Origin: Acidobacteriota bacterium
GTDB lineage: Bacteria; Acidobacteriota; Terriglobia; Acidiferrales; UBA7541
Assembly: GCA_003223315.1 (NCBI GenBank)
Contig: QHYR01000253.1
Span: forward strand, 53,288-117,287
Length of the DNA: 64,000 bases
Direction of reading: 5' to 3'
The position numbers and the translations under genes are program-made. Every line of letters begins with the position of its first letter. Positions within the stretch are counted from its first letter, which is position 1. This document shows positions 20,651 to 30,489 of the stretch, one piece after another. The notes beneath the pieces were generated by a model. It did no database searches, had not been told where the DNA came from, and saw nothing but the letters and a program-made list of their open reading frames with translations.

Positions 20651-21414
20651 GAGCTGACCTCGTGCGGTGCGCCATAGCTGTTGAGCTTGCAGAGAAGGGC
20701 TGGACGGTCTTTCGTCGCCCAGTCAGTCAGGTTCGTAATGAAGTTTTCGATCTGTTCTCGAGAGGCATCTCGCAAGTTAGGGGTACCGCAGAAATCGGCG
20801 GCATAAGCTTTGACCAGATTGGCATCGAGTTGATGCTGGCGGATCAAGAGGCAAAGGCGATCGCGGAGTCGGGTGTGACCGTTCTGATGACCAGCGTTGA
20901 TTGCGGAGGCAGTGGGTCTCTGCGGATCGGATGGACCATAGGGCTTCGGTTCCCAGCCGAGTTCCTCGACCGAACAGAGGCCGATACCGTAAGCTTTCCG
21001 AAGAGCGCGATTGACGGCTCGGGTTTCAGCCATGCGCATTTCGGCACCCCGAACGAGAGGAGAAACATTAGAAGGATCAGCATCACCATAACCCGTGAAT
21101 CCACGGGAACGTGGCGATTTGTAGACTGTAGCCCTAAAAACCCAGCGGCTCTCTGACGCTTCGGAAACTTTGTGCTGCAAGGTCGTGTGAATACCGCAGC
21201 ACCGGTTCTCGCAAGCGATGCGTAGAAGACCTCGATGCGTTATGTACCATGCGCCATTTAAAAAGATGAGGTCACCAGCCTCGACCCCGAGCAAGTAGTC
21301 CTGTGTTAGAGTTTTCAGGGTCTGTCTCGTCGCACGTGAGAGATGACCCCATCTCGCCTGTGCCGCTGAAAGACTCCGGCGAAATACACGGTCTGTTGAC
21401 TTGGAAGGCTTCAT
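20647..21414 (-). CDS. Hypothetical protein (255 aa); possible single-strand-annealing/recombination protein
   Basis: First gene of the operon divergent from the XRE gene. The motif ...GYGDADPSNV...MAETRAVNRALRKAYGIG... resembles phage annealase cores. The assignment is tentative. Confidence 0.5.
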   Translation of the reverse strand: MKPSKSTDRVFRRSLSAAQARWGHLSRATRQTLKTLTQDYLLGVEAGDLIFLNGAWYITHRGLLRIACENRCCGIHTTLQHKVSEASESRWVFRATVYKSPRSRGFTGYGDADPSNVSPLVRGAEMRMAETRAVNRALRKAYGIGLCSVEELGWEPKPYGPSDPQRPTASAINAGHQNGHTRLRDRLCLLIRQHQLDANLVKAYAADFCGTPNLRDASREQIENFITNLTDWATKDRPALLCKLNSYGAPHEVSS

Positions 21415-21520
21415 AATGTGGCGCTCCCGGCTCTCGTTCCACTCAGTAGGTCACGAAAGAGCGTTTTGGGGCCCGAGGCCTATATCCATATAGAGCTATA
21501 GTATCTATATACGGATTACT

Positions 21521-21763
21521 TTGTCAAGAACAACTACAGTTCGGAAATCTGACTCGGTCGACTGGAAGGCAGTAGGCCGGCGGATTCGAGAACTACGAGG
21601 TATAGATTTAACTCAACGCGAATTCGGCGCCCGAATCGGAGTGAGTCAGAATTATTTGTCAACGATGGAACATGGCAAGGTTCAAGTGGGAGCAGAGATT
21701 CTCTTGAAAATTGGCAGAGAATTCGGCCGATCAATAGAGTGGCTCCTTACCGGAAAAGAGTAG
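21521..21763 (+). CDS. XRE/Cro-CI family HTH transcriptional regulator
   Basis: ...IRELRGIDLTQREFGARIGVSQNYLSTMEHGKVQV... is a classic HTH_3 motif. The gene is divergent from the recombination operon across a 106-bp intergenic region. Confidence 0.85.
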   Translation: MSRTTTVRKSDSVDWKAVGRRIRELRGIDLTQREFGARIGVSQNYLSTMEHGKVQVGAEILLKIGREFGRSIEWLLTGKE

Positions 21764-22034
21764 AAGGCACGAAGCCTCACCGATCTCTCGGGTAAAAACA
21801 AGGCTCTGCGGAGCAGCGTCGCGAAATCGCCCGCAAGGCTGTTCTAGCTCGTTGGGCAAAGCACAGGAAAGATCAGCAGAAGCCAGAATAGACTACGAAA
21901 TCGCAAAGACCTCTAATCACAGCACCGTTGCGATTCCGTCGCACCTTCCTTAAGTCTCAGGTAGCAGGTTAATGAGAAGAGATAGAAGGAAAATTACAAA
22001 ACGAACTCGGATACTTTTCGGCCGCCCCTTCCAA

Positions 22035-23234
22035 TCAGGGCAACTCCACGTCGCAAGTGCGAACCTTCGTCGACGACAAGTTGCTGCGCTCACTCTCGAA
22101 CCGGTCCAACAGTCCAAGAGTCATGGCCAGTATGAGGGCGAGCAAAGGATCAGTGATCTCGGCCACCCTGCCCGGAAGGTGAATTTGAATCACCTCGATT
22201 GCGCCGAGCAACACCGCCACGGCAACAGCGGCATGGATTAGCCGCCAGCCGGCCGCGCGCAACAGCCAGACGGCCGATCCATACCAAAAGCACTTCTGAA
22301 GAAGGGTCAGTAGGCCAAAATCCCACTCAGCTCGAAGAAATCCACCGAACGGCACCCAAGAAAATGGATTTGCAATACGGCTCCAATGATACGGAACGAG
22401 TCCGCGCACGATCAGCAACGAGACGATCAGGCCGCCCACAACCGCCGTGCGCCTTCGATCTCCGCTTAAGAAGTACCAGCAGATGCATGCGAGCACTGCA
22501 CCGGCGAGCTCGGACCAGGTGACGATCCTACCGGCCACTAGGAGCTTGGCCGCCAACACCAGCAGCAGCAGCGGCGGCGGGAGCAATCGGCGGGTGCGAT
22601 TTGCGCCGAGCACATTTTCTAGCAGTTGGGCCACGACCAACCACTCGACGAAATAGCTGAATGTCTCGAGCGGAGAGATCGACACGGCCACGAAGAGGTA
22701 ACGAAATTTGTCGTCCAGCCTGGTGCGGCTGAGTACCGTGAAGAGAGGAAATCCTTGGTATGCAAGCCAGGTATAGAAGAGCAGCACTGCGCCGGACGGA
22801 TACAGAACCTTGGCACTTTCCGTTCGGGCGAAGAAGCGCTTTAACCATTGCTGATGGACGTAGCCAAGTGCTACACCCAGCACCGTGCCACTCACATTGC
22901 AGAGCACGTCAAAAGCGTTGCATTCGCGTGCATCGTCGAATAATTGAGCCGTCTCGATGCTGCTCGACAATGCCAATGCGAGCAACACCGTCACAGTCAC
23001 AGCAAATGGCGTATGAAACTTCTGGCGGAGTGCGAGCAAGCCAAAGACGCCAACCGGAATGTAGATCACTACGTTGACCGCGATATCGCGGAACAGGAAT
23101 CGGTCAATGTGGTCCGGCCAAGAATGAATCAGAACCCAGAGTGGGCTCGCGGCTAGTTGTGTGGAGTGGAAATCCCAGGGATACAGGGATCCGTACACGA
23201 TTAGCACAATCACGATTATGAGAATGCGATACAA
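22035..23234 (-). CDS. VanZ-like family integral membrane protein with extended C-terminal TM domain
   Basis: MYRILIIVIVLIVYGSLYPWDFH... is a VanZ-like N-terminus. The 399-aa product has multiple hydrophobic segments throughout. Confidence 0.6.
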   Translation of the reverse strand: MYRILIIVIVLIVYGSLYPWDFHSTQLAASPLWVLIHSWPDHIDRFLFRDIAVNVVIYIPVGVFGLLALRQKFHTPFAVTVTVLLALALSSSIETAQLFDDARECNAFDVLCNVSGTVLGVALGYVHQQWLKRFFARTESAKVLYPSGAVLLFYTWLAYQGFPLFTVLSRTRLDDKFRYLFVAVSISPLETFSYFVEWLVVAQLLENVLGANRTRRLLPPPLLLLVLAAKLLVAGRIVTWSELAGAVLACICWYFLSGDRRRTAVVGGLIVSLLIVRGLVPYHWSRIANPFSWVPFGGFLRAEWDFGLLTLLQKCFWYGSAVWLLRAAGWRLIHAAVAVAVLLGAIEVIQIHLPGRVAEITDPLLALILAMTLGLLDRFESERSNLSSTKVRTCDVELP

Positions 23235-23394
23235 GTTAGACCTGACTCGCTCCGCATGGGAACCAGCAGCGGTTGTTCGATTGCCGGTGACATCATAATA
23301 CGCAGCTGCAAACTCCTCTGCACTTCGAGTTTGCTTGTGACCTCCGCCCGGCCGCTTTGAACGCGTCAGAGAGTTCCGTTCGGTGTCTTGTCGT

Positions 23395-23690
23395 TGCCGG
23401 AGCTTCTTGGTGGCACATTACACAAAGAGCTACCGGATTCTCGACCGCGTCATCGCCCAAGCGGCTCCGCGGCTAAATGTGATGGATCTGCAGACTTTCC
23501 ATTCGCCCACGGGCTTGGCACGACCGGCCGTCTCGCTCTAGGACCCCACGGCAGAGTTGGCGATAGGCTTCCGAGTCAGCTAAATCGCGGACGTTTGGCG
23601 TAGACCCAAAGCGCCACCTGGCCGCCTTTGAGGAGCTGCTTCCTCTGCGGAGGCGGCTGGCACGCCCAAGTCGTTGAAAACCCGGGTGTG
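23395..23690 (-). pseudogene. HNH cassette copy 3, degenerate
   Basis: ...ADSEAYRQLCRGVLERDGRSCQARGRMESLQIHHI, then an in-frame TAG (23473-23475), then PRSRLGDDAVENPVALCVMCHQEA. Two zinc Cys residues are lost (WRCQICG becomes RSCQARG). About 40 nt of the upstream-gene tail (PQRKQLL...) is retained. Confidence 0.65.
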
Positions 23691-23917
23691 TATAGCTCAT
23701 CGCGCTAGAACCGGAGTAAGTGTAAAAGAATCTATAGACTCGTCGCGAGGCAGGGATCTGCCGACAGAACACCGAGGGCCAAGTAACCATCTATCGCTTC
23801 ATGAGGTTGTGTTCTTGAGCATCGGTTTCAAACACTTGGAACTCTAATTGCGACATTGATCCGGGATTGATCGTGCCGACGCCTTGGTGTGGTCATAGGT
23901 TCTGGGAGATTTCGCAC

Positions 23918-24895
23918 ATGAACAAAAGCGGATTCACCGCGGTCGATGGGAGCAAAGATTGCCTTAGTCGCGGGCTAATCTTTCTGGCGTTCTTTGCGAT
24001 GATCTTCGAATGCAGCGCGACCTACGCGAGCAGCTTTGTTATCGTCCCAACCTACGACAGCACAATCACCAGCGATTCCAACGCCGCTACCATTGAGGCG
24101 ACAATCAACTCGACGATTGGAGTCTACGAAGCAACCTTCACCGATCCGATCACTGTCAATATCACGTTCCAGGAGATGAACAGCGGGCTCGGGCAAAGCT
24201 CGACGTTCTTCGATACCATATTGTACTCTTCGTACCTCACGGCACTCACGGCCGATAAGAAAAGCAGCAACGACGCAATCGCCCTCGCTCATCTCGGGGC
24301 AGGCCCGAACAACCCTGTAAATAACAATCCGAACATAAACGTCAAGCTCCCCAACCTCAGGGCTGTAGGAATCATGGAGAGTCCGCTCCTAGGACAACCC
24401 GACGGCACGATCGGGTTAAATACGTCAATTATGAATCTTTCGCGCGCGGGTCAACAGAACCCCAGCAAATACGATCTCATGGCGGTGGTCTCGCATGAAA
24501 TTAACGAGGTCCTCGGCCTCGGCTCGGCCCTCCCCAACCCTCCATCGCGGACCATATTCCCGGAGGATCTCTTCCGCTATGCCTCAAACGGCGCCCGAAC
24601 GTTTACTACCAGCGGTGACAACGCCTACTTTTCCATCGATGGCACCAACGACTTGGCCCGATTCAACCAAGACAGCGGCGGCGACTACGGCGATTGGTGG
24701 TCCACAGGTGCCCACACGCCTCAAGTCCAGGACGCGTTCGGCACTGCCGGTGCGCAACCGAACCTGGGGGTTGAGGTGACGGCCCTCGATGTCATCGGTT
24801 ATGATGTCGCGCCGGAGCCCGGGACGGTGATCCTCCTTGGCACGGGGCTTGTGATCGCCGGGTTACGGCGACGGAGAGGCCGGCAGGCACGCTAG
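23918..24895 (+). CDS. PEP-CTERM-anchored putative zinc metalloprotease
   Basis: Signal peptide runs from ATG 23918. HExxH is present (VVSHEINEVLG). The C-terminal sorting signal is APEPGTVILLGTGLVIAGLRRRRGRQAR. Confidence 0.75.
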   Translation: MNKSGFTAVDGSKDCLSRGLIFLAFFAMIFECSATYASSFVIVPTYDSTITSDSNAATIEATINSTIGVYEATFTDPITVNITFQEMNSGLGQSSTFFDTILYSSYLTALTADKKSSNDAIALAHLGAGPNNPVNNNPNINVKLPNLRAVGIMESPLLGQPDGTIGLNTSIMNLSRAGQQNPSKYDLMAVVSHEINEVLGLGSALPNPPSRTIFPEDLFRYASNGARTFTTSGDNAYFSIDGTNDLARFNQDSGGDYGDWWSTGAHTPQVQDAFGTAGAQPNLGVEVTALDVIGYDVAPEPGTVILLGTGLVIAGLRRRRGRQAR

Positions 24896-25208
24896 GCTCT
24901 TCCGCAACCGACAGGGGCGCCATCCTCCCTAGAATCCAAGGCAAGTCATATTGTGCCCATCGCCCGAGGAACTAGAGAGGCCAGATCTATATGGGCCTGC
25001 AGCAATTCTAGAGAACGTTAGACATTCTAGATCACGTAAGCCCTACGCTACGTGGTAGGCGCCCACGTTTTTTCTAACACACTTGTTTTCAGTTCCTTGG
25101 AAGAGATCTCGGGTACCTTTCAAGATGCCCTTCGGCCCCGTGCTTGCTAGAAATGCACTCAGTGCGTGGTCTGCTTAAACGCGGGCCGGTGCACGGGACT
25201 ACTTTTTC

Positions 25209-26087
25209 ATGAGCACGATGGCGCAAACAGCGGCGAGAGCAGATCGGCTGGAACTATCTCTTCCCAAGGGTTTAGTGATAGCTGGTTTGGTCGCCGGGCT
25301 ATACGGACCAGTGCTGATCCGGATGATCGTGCAATGGTGGCAAGACCCAGACTACAGCCACGGGTTCGTCGTACCTCTGTTCGTTGGTTACGTACTCTAT
25401 CAGCAGAGGCACCAGCTGCGGCAGGTTGCGCTTGAGCCGAGCAACCTGGGCCTGCCTGTGATGGTTGGGGCAATCGGACTTTTGCTCGCCGGGTCACTTG
25501 GCGCGGAATTGTTCGTGGCTCGTTTCTCGTTTCTCTTTTTGTTGGGTGGAATGCTTCTCTTTTTCGCGGGTTGGAAGATGCTGTGCGCCGTGGCGTTTCC
25601 GCTGGCTTTTCTCGCGCTGATGATTCCGCTGCCGGCGATCATCTACAACCAGGTAACATTCCCACTCCAGCTCTGGGCGTCGCGACTTTCTTCGAGCTGC
25701 TTAGAGTTACTTGGAGTGCCTGTCTTGCGGGAAGGAAACGTTCTCGTCCTTCCGAACTACTCCCTTGAAGTCGTGGAAGCATGCAGTGGCATCCGCTCGC
25801 TCATGTCCCTGATCGCGTTGGCTGTCGCGTATGGTTACTTTGCTGAGAAGCGCCATTGGGTACGAATCACCTTGGTCGTGCTGATGCTGCCCATCGCTGT
25901 CGCGAGCAACGCGATGCGCGTGGTGGGCGCTGGCGTGCTCACGTACTGGTTTGGGCCACACGCAGCGGAAGGTTTTTTCCATTTGTTTCAGGGCTGGCTG
26001 ATTTTTGTGTCCGCTGTGGCGTGCATGCTGCTCGTGCACTGGTTGCTGTCCCACTTAACCCCACTGAGGAGGAAGGTGATCGCGTAG
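25209..26087 (+). CDS. Exosortase (EpsH/XrtA-like)
   Basis: Polytopic membrane protein with the catalytic-region motif ...VVEACSGIRSLMSL... and ...ASNAMRVVG.... Confidence 0.85.
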   Translation: MSTMAQTAARADRLELSLPKGLVIAGLVAGLYGPVLIRMIVQWWQDPDYSHGFVVPLFVGYVLYQQRHQLRQVALEPSNLGLPVMVGAIGLLLAGSLGAELFVARFSFLFLLGGMLLFFAGWKMLCAVAFPLAFLALMIPLPAIIYNQVTFPLQLWASRLSSSCLELLGVPVLREGNVLVLPNYSLEVVEACSGIRSLMSLIALAVAYGYFAEKRHWVRITLVVLMLPIAVASNAMRVVGAGVLTYWFGPHAAEGFFHLFQGWLIFVSAVACMLLVHWLLSHLTPLRRKVIA

Positions 26088-26091
26088 TCAT

Positions 26092-26724
26092 ATGTGTGGG
26101 GTTCGATTCCTAATCACCGTAGGCACTCTGGTGGCCGGCATTGTGCTTCTTCACAGCGTGAGCCATGGAGAACCCGTGCCGTTGCGTCAACCGCTGGGGC
26201 AGCTCCCGCTGCTTATGGATGGTTGGCTGGGCCACGATGACCCAATGGAGGGGCAGATCGTAAGTGCGCTGGGCGTTAGCGACTACGTGAACCGCTCCTA
26301 TGTGAACCTTGGGGGAGAGCGAGTCAATCTGTACGTCGGTTATTACCAAAGCCAGCGCTCTGGCGAAACCATTCACTCGCCCAAGAACTGTCTGCCCGGG
26401 GCTGGTTGGGAGGCCGTGCGCGCGGGTCATCTGGTGATCCCCATGACCGCTATGCCAGCGATTGCTGTGAATGAGTATTTGGTGGAGAAGGGGCTTACGC
26501 AGTACTTGGTTCTCTACTGGTATCAAGCTCACGGACGGGTGATCGCAAGCGAGTACAGCGGAAAGGCATGGCTCGTGTTTGATGCAATTACTCGAAACAG
26601 GACGGATGAGGCCCTTGTGCGAGTATTGACTTCAACAAGAGACGGGGAGGATCAAGCCAGGGCTCGCGCCGCGCAGTTCGTGCAAGGGCTTTATCCACGC
26701 TTGAGTAGCTTCATTCCGGATTGA
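26092..26724 (+). CDS. epsI: EpsI-family exosortase-associated protein
   Basis: N-terminal TM segment, then ...IHSPKNCLPGAGWE..., the EpsI signature. It lies immediately downstream of the exosortase. Confidence 0.85.
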   Translation: MCGVRFLITVGTLVAGIVLLHSVSHGEPVPLRQPLGQLPLLMDGWLGHDDPMEGQIVSALGVSDYVNRSYVNLGGERVNLYVGYYQSQRSGETIHSPKNCLPGAGWEAVRAGHLVIPMTAMPAIAVNEYLVEKGLTQYLVLYWYQAHGRVIASEYSGKAWLVFDAITRNRTDEALVRVLTSTRDGEDQARARAAQFVQGLYPRLSSFIPD

Positions 26725-26752
26725 GCCAGACCATCGGGTCAGGGAGGAAAAC

Positions 26753-29038
26753 ATGTTCGTCGGAAGTGGACGATTGAAAGTAGCCGCAGCATTGCTGGTT
26801 TTCTCACTGGCCGCCATGCTGGGTGGTTGTTCACTTGACCCGCAGAAGGGGAAGGTGAAATACCTCGAGAGCGGGAAGCGTTATCTGAAGGCGGGCAAGT
26901 ACCAGGAAGCCAGCATTCAATTTCGGAACGCCCTCAAGCTGGATCCGCGTTTCGCAGAAGCCTATTACCAACTGGCCCAAGCCGATTTGTCGCTCAAGCA
27001 GTGGAATGGTGCCGTTGCCGCGCTTCGTCAGACGATCGACCTAGATCCGCAACGAGTGGATGCCCGCGTCGATATGGGACGCCTCTACCTTGCATCCAAG
27101 GACTACCAAAAGGCTGATGATGAAGCCTCCTTTATCCTGGAGCGTGAACCTGACAACGCATCGGCCTACCAATTACGCGGCGCGGCGATGCTGGCTCGTC
27201 AGGAGCCAGAGAAGGCATTGCAGGCGTACATCAAACTCACCCAGTTGCTGCCGCAGGACCCCATGCCTTATACCGACTTGGCACTTGTGGAGTCCAATCT
27301 AAAGCGCTTCCCAGAAGCAGAACAGCATTTGCGGAAAGCAATCGAAGTGGCCCCTCTTGCGGTCCCAAGCTACATCAACTTGGCAAATTTCTACCGCCTG
27401 CGGCAGCAACTCCCCGAAGCCGAGCAAGTTCTGAAAGACGGAGTAGACCGCATTCCCGACGCAGCCCCCCTTTACATCAACTGGGCGGATCTACTCTACG
27501 CGCAACAAAAAACGGAGGCTGTTACGGGGGTTCTCGACAAACTGCGAAGCCGGCAGCGGAATTCGGCGGAGGTCGCAATCGCTATCGGTGACTTCTATTT
27601 CCAGAGGGGGCAAACCGAGCCAGCCTTGACCGAATACCGACGCGGGTTGGAAGCGGCTCCGAAGAATGCGGAGATCCAGAAGCGCATGGTGGAGCTGTTT
27701 CTGATCACCGGACGCTATGACGAAGCAGCCAAGTTGAATGACGGGGTATTGCGTCAAGGGCCGAAGGATCTCGCTGCCCACATCGCTCGCGGCCGCATTT
27801 TGCTAGGGCAAGGCAAGCGTGATGAAGCCATTTCTGAGCTGCGTCAGCAGGCGACTGAGGCGCCTGACTCGCCTCAGGCCCACTATTATCTGGCCCTTGC
27901 TCATTGGCAGAACGGCAATACTGCTCAAGCCAAGAGTGAATTACAAGAAGCCTTGCGCGTCGCTCCGACCATGATTCTAGCGTTGAACAGCTTGGCTGAA
28001 CTGAATTTGTCGCTCGGAGATCTTACTGTGGCGCAGGAATATGTTCAGCGCAGCGTGCAGCAAAACCAGGCGAACCCCGCGAGTCGACTTCTGTCGGGCA
28101 GGGTTCTGGCCCAAGGGGCTCAATGGAAGGCTGCCGAAGAGCAGTTCCGCATTGCCCAACGGCTGTCACCTGGCGACCCGGCTCCGCATGTGAACATGGG
28201 TGTGACCTACGCCCGCCAGCGGCAATGGCCCAAGGCGGAAGAGGAGCTCGAAACAGCCCTGCGTTTGGCCCCTCGATCTGCTGAGGCACTGGCCCAGCTT
28301 GCGGGTCTCTCGCTGGCGAGAAACGAGCGACCAAAGGCCGTCGCGCGCGTTCAGCAGTATTTGACGACCTACCCGGAAGACGCGCTTGGCCACCTCATCT
28401 TGGGAGGAACCCAGTTCAGTGGGAAAGAATACGACGCTGCCCAGTCGGAATTCGAGCGGGCCATAGAACTGAACCCGAGTCTAACACAAGCCCACCTCCA
28501 ATTGGCGCGGGTATATCACGCAAAGGGACTAACCCAGGCCGCCATCGCCCAATATGAAGCGGCGCTATCGGTTCAACCGCGGTCTGCGAATCTAATCACG
28601 GTAATTGCCTCTCTTTATGAGGCGATAGGAAATTTGGATGCCGCGCGAAAGTACTACGAACAAGCGCTGGCCATTGATCCGAGCAGTGCGGTCGCGGCGA
28701 ACAACCTCTCTTTTCTCTATGTCAAGCAAGGTGGCAATCTTGACGTGGCTTTGGGTTTGGCCCAGAAAGCCAAGCAGCTCATGCCGGAAATCAACACCAT
28801 AACCGATACGCTGGGCTGGGTGCTGTACAAGAAGGGAGATTACGCCGGCGCGCTGCCTTTGTTGCAGGAATGCGTCGAGAAAGAACCCAACTCGCCTGCG
28901 TACCGCTACCACTTGGGCATGGTCCTTGCGGCGGTTGGGCAAAAGGAGAAAGCAAAGGACGAATTGGAGTCTGCCTTGCGCATGCGTTTGGTGGGTGAGG
29001 ACGCAGAACAGGCCAAGCAGGTGATTGCGCGCAATTAA
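26753..29038 (+). CDS. PEP-CTERM system TPR-repeat lipoprotein (PrsT-like)
   Basis: Lipobox ...AAMLGGCS is followed by about 20 TPR units across 761 aa. An AGGGAGG RBS precedes the start. Confidence 0.8.
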   Translation: MFVGSGRLKVAAALLVFSLAAMLGGCSLDPQKGKVKYLESGKRYLKAGKYQEASIQFRNALKLDPRFAEAYYQLAQADLSLKQWNGAVAALRQTIDLDPQRVDARVDMGRLYLASKDYQKADDEASFILEREPDNASAYQLRGAAMLARQEPEKALQAYIKLTQLLPQDPMPYTDLALVESNLKRFPEAEQHLRKAIEVAPLAVPSYINLANFYRLRQQLPEAEQVLKDGVDRIPDAAPLYINWADLLYAQQKTEAVTGVLDKLRSRQRNSAEVAIAIGDFYFQRGQTEPALTEYRRGLEAAPKNAEIQKRMVELFLITGRYDEAAKLNDGVLRQGPKDLAAHIARGRILLGQGKRDEAISELRQQATEAPDSPQAHYYLALAHWQNGNTAQAKSELQEALRVAPTMILALNSLAELNLSLGDLTVAQEYVQRSVQQNQANPASRLLSGRVLAQGAQWKAAEEQFRIAQRLSPGDPAPHVNMGVTYARQRQWPKAEEELETALRLAPRSAEALAQLAGLSLARNERPKAVARVQQYLTTYPEDALGHLILGGTQFSGKEYDAAQSEFERAIELNPSLTQAHLQLARVYHAKGLTQAAIAQYEAALSVQPRSANLITVIASLYEAIGNLDAARKYYEQALAIDPSSAVAANNLSFLYVKQGGNLDVALGLAQKAKQLMPEINTITDTLGWVLYKKGDYAGALPLLQECVEKEPNSPAYRYHLGMVLAAVGQKEKAKDELESALRMRLVGEDAEQAKQVIARN

Positions 29039-29331
29039 CTTCAGATCAGAGGTCCACCGCCTCACACGACGGCTCTGACAGGTTTGTTGTAGAGAGTGTA
29101 TACGAACCTATAGATCGTAAGGCTGATTCCGAGAGGACCGCAATGAGATCTTCTTTATCTCCTTTAGTCTCAGTTCGATTTAGCCATCACCGAATCTCGG
29201 CCGAGTGGCATGTCAATTGCAACTTGCTAGCGAGACGAGGGGCGGGTCGAAGCGGCCCTAAGAGGTAGGGACTGTTTGCAGAGATTGAGTCCGAGCTTGG
29301 ATCGCTCGCGGTACTTTAAGGAGAAAATGAC

Positions 29332-29982
29332 ATGAGATTGCGGAACTTTGCGTTGGCTGTTAGTTTGTTGCAGGTGTGTTTCATGTTAGCAGTTCGGTCT
29401 GCTAAGGCGGACACTATCACAATTGTTGACACCACCGACACCACCACGGTAACGTTGACGGGAGGCAACGACACGTTCTTGGGGGGCGGCACCGTTTTCA
29501 CTTGCGCTGAAACCGCCCCTTGCATAATTGACATACGTAGAGCGGGGGCTACACAAGTAAGAACATCTCTTAACTTCTTATTAAGTTACACTTTGGCCGA
29601 GCCCTCGACCCCAACCCAAGAGAGTGACACTCTCGATACATCTACAGTAGGGGCAGGACCTGAGTTTACCTTTAATTCCGACCGTCCACCTGTGGGTGGG
29701 ACGGAGGCGACTCTAGGACCTTGTCCTAGCGTCGCTGGCGTCCCCACGTGCAGTGCTACAGAGGCCGCAAACGGAAACCTGGTTCCCGGCTTCATTCTTT
29801 GGGAGGACTCCAACGGTATTCCCGTCGGACCTTCTGATACTGTTATCGTCCAGTCGGATATCGAGGCAGGCGGGCAGGTTCCAGAGCCGTCGAGCCTGAT
29901 TTTGTTGGGTTCTGGTCTTGCCATCGCAGGGGGATTCCTCCGGCGGCGTCGGAGAGTGGTGATGCCTTCGGTCGTTGCGTGA
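29332..29982 (+). CDS. PEP-CTERM sorting-domain secreted protein
   Basis: Signal peptide is present. The C-terminus is VPEPSSLILLGSGLAIAGGFLRRRRR. An AAGGAG RBS precedes the start. Confidence 0.8.
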   Translation: MRLRNFALAVSLLQVCFMLAVRSAKADTITIVDTTDTTTVTLTGGNDTFLGGGTVFTCAETAPCIIDIRRAGATQVRTSLNFLLSYTLAEPSTPTQESDTLDTSTVGAGPEFTFNSDRPPVGGTEATLGPCPSVAGVPTCSATEAANGNLVPGFILWEDSNGIPVGPSDTVIVQSDIEAGGQVPEPSSLILLGSGLAIAGGFLRRRRRVVMPSVVA

Positions 29983-30489
29983 AAGCGTGAAGGCACCGAG
30001 AGCGTAACATTTGCTTGGGCCAGCCGCGTGGGTTTTGTGAGGGCTCCTTGCGACGTAGGCTATTGCGGGGTGACCGACTACTTCAACCAGAACTGGGAGG
30101 AGCGGTCTCAATGACCAAAAGTCCAGAAAACTCCTTGCATTACCCGAGAGGCAGCGCTTTTCTCATCGACAGGTTTGACAAAGAGTAGATGAGTCTGCGA
30201 TCTTGCGGCGCTTTCGCGAGCCCCGCTTAGAAATCAAGAATTGCTCCTCCCTTGAGGATACCCATCCGCACATGTTTTAGCTTTTCGTCCCGCCCGGAGG
30301 AAGTCGAGTAATGTCCAGTTTTTCCAGGCCCGCGCCCAGAGGAGCTGGGACTCTGGAAGCTGGCAGCGAAGGCGACTCGGTCGCCCGTGCGGCGAGGGGC
30401 GCAAGGAACAACGCCCCTGCCGACATAGGAAGGGCCGCACGGGGCGGCGCGTAGTCAACCTCGTAGGGAGTTAGTCTAGGTACCCGGCA

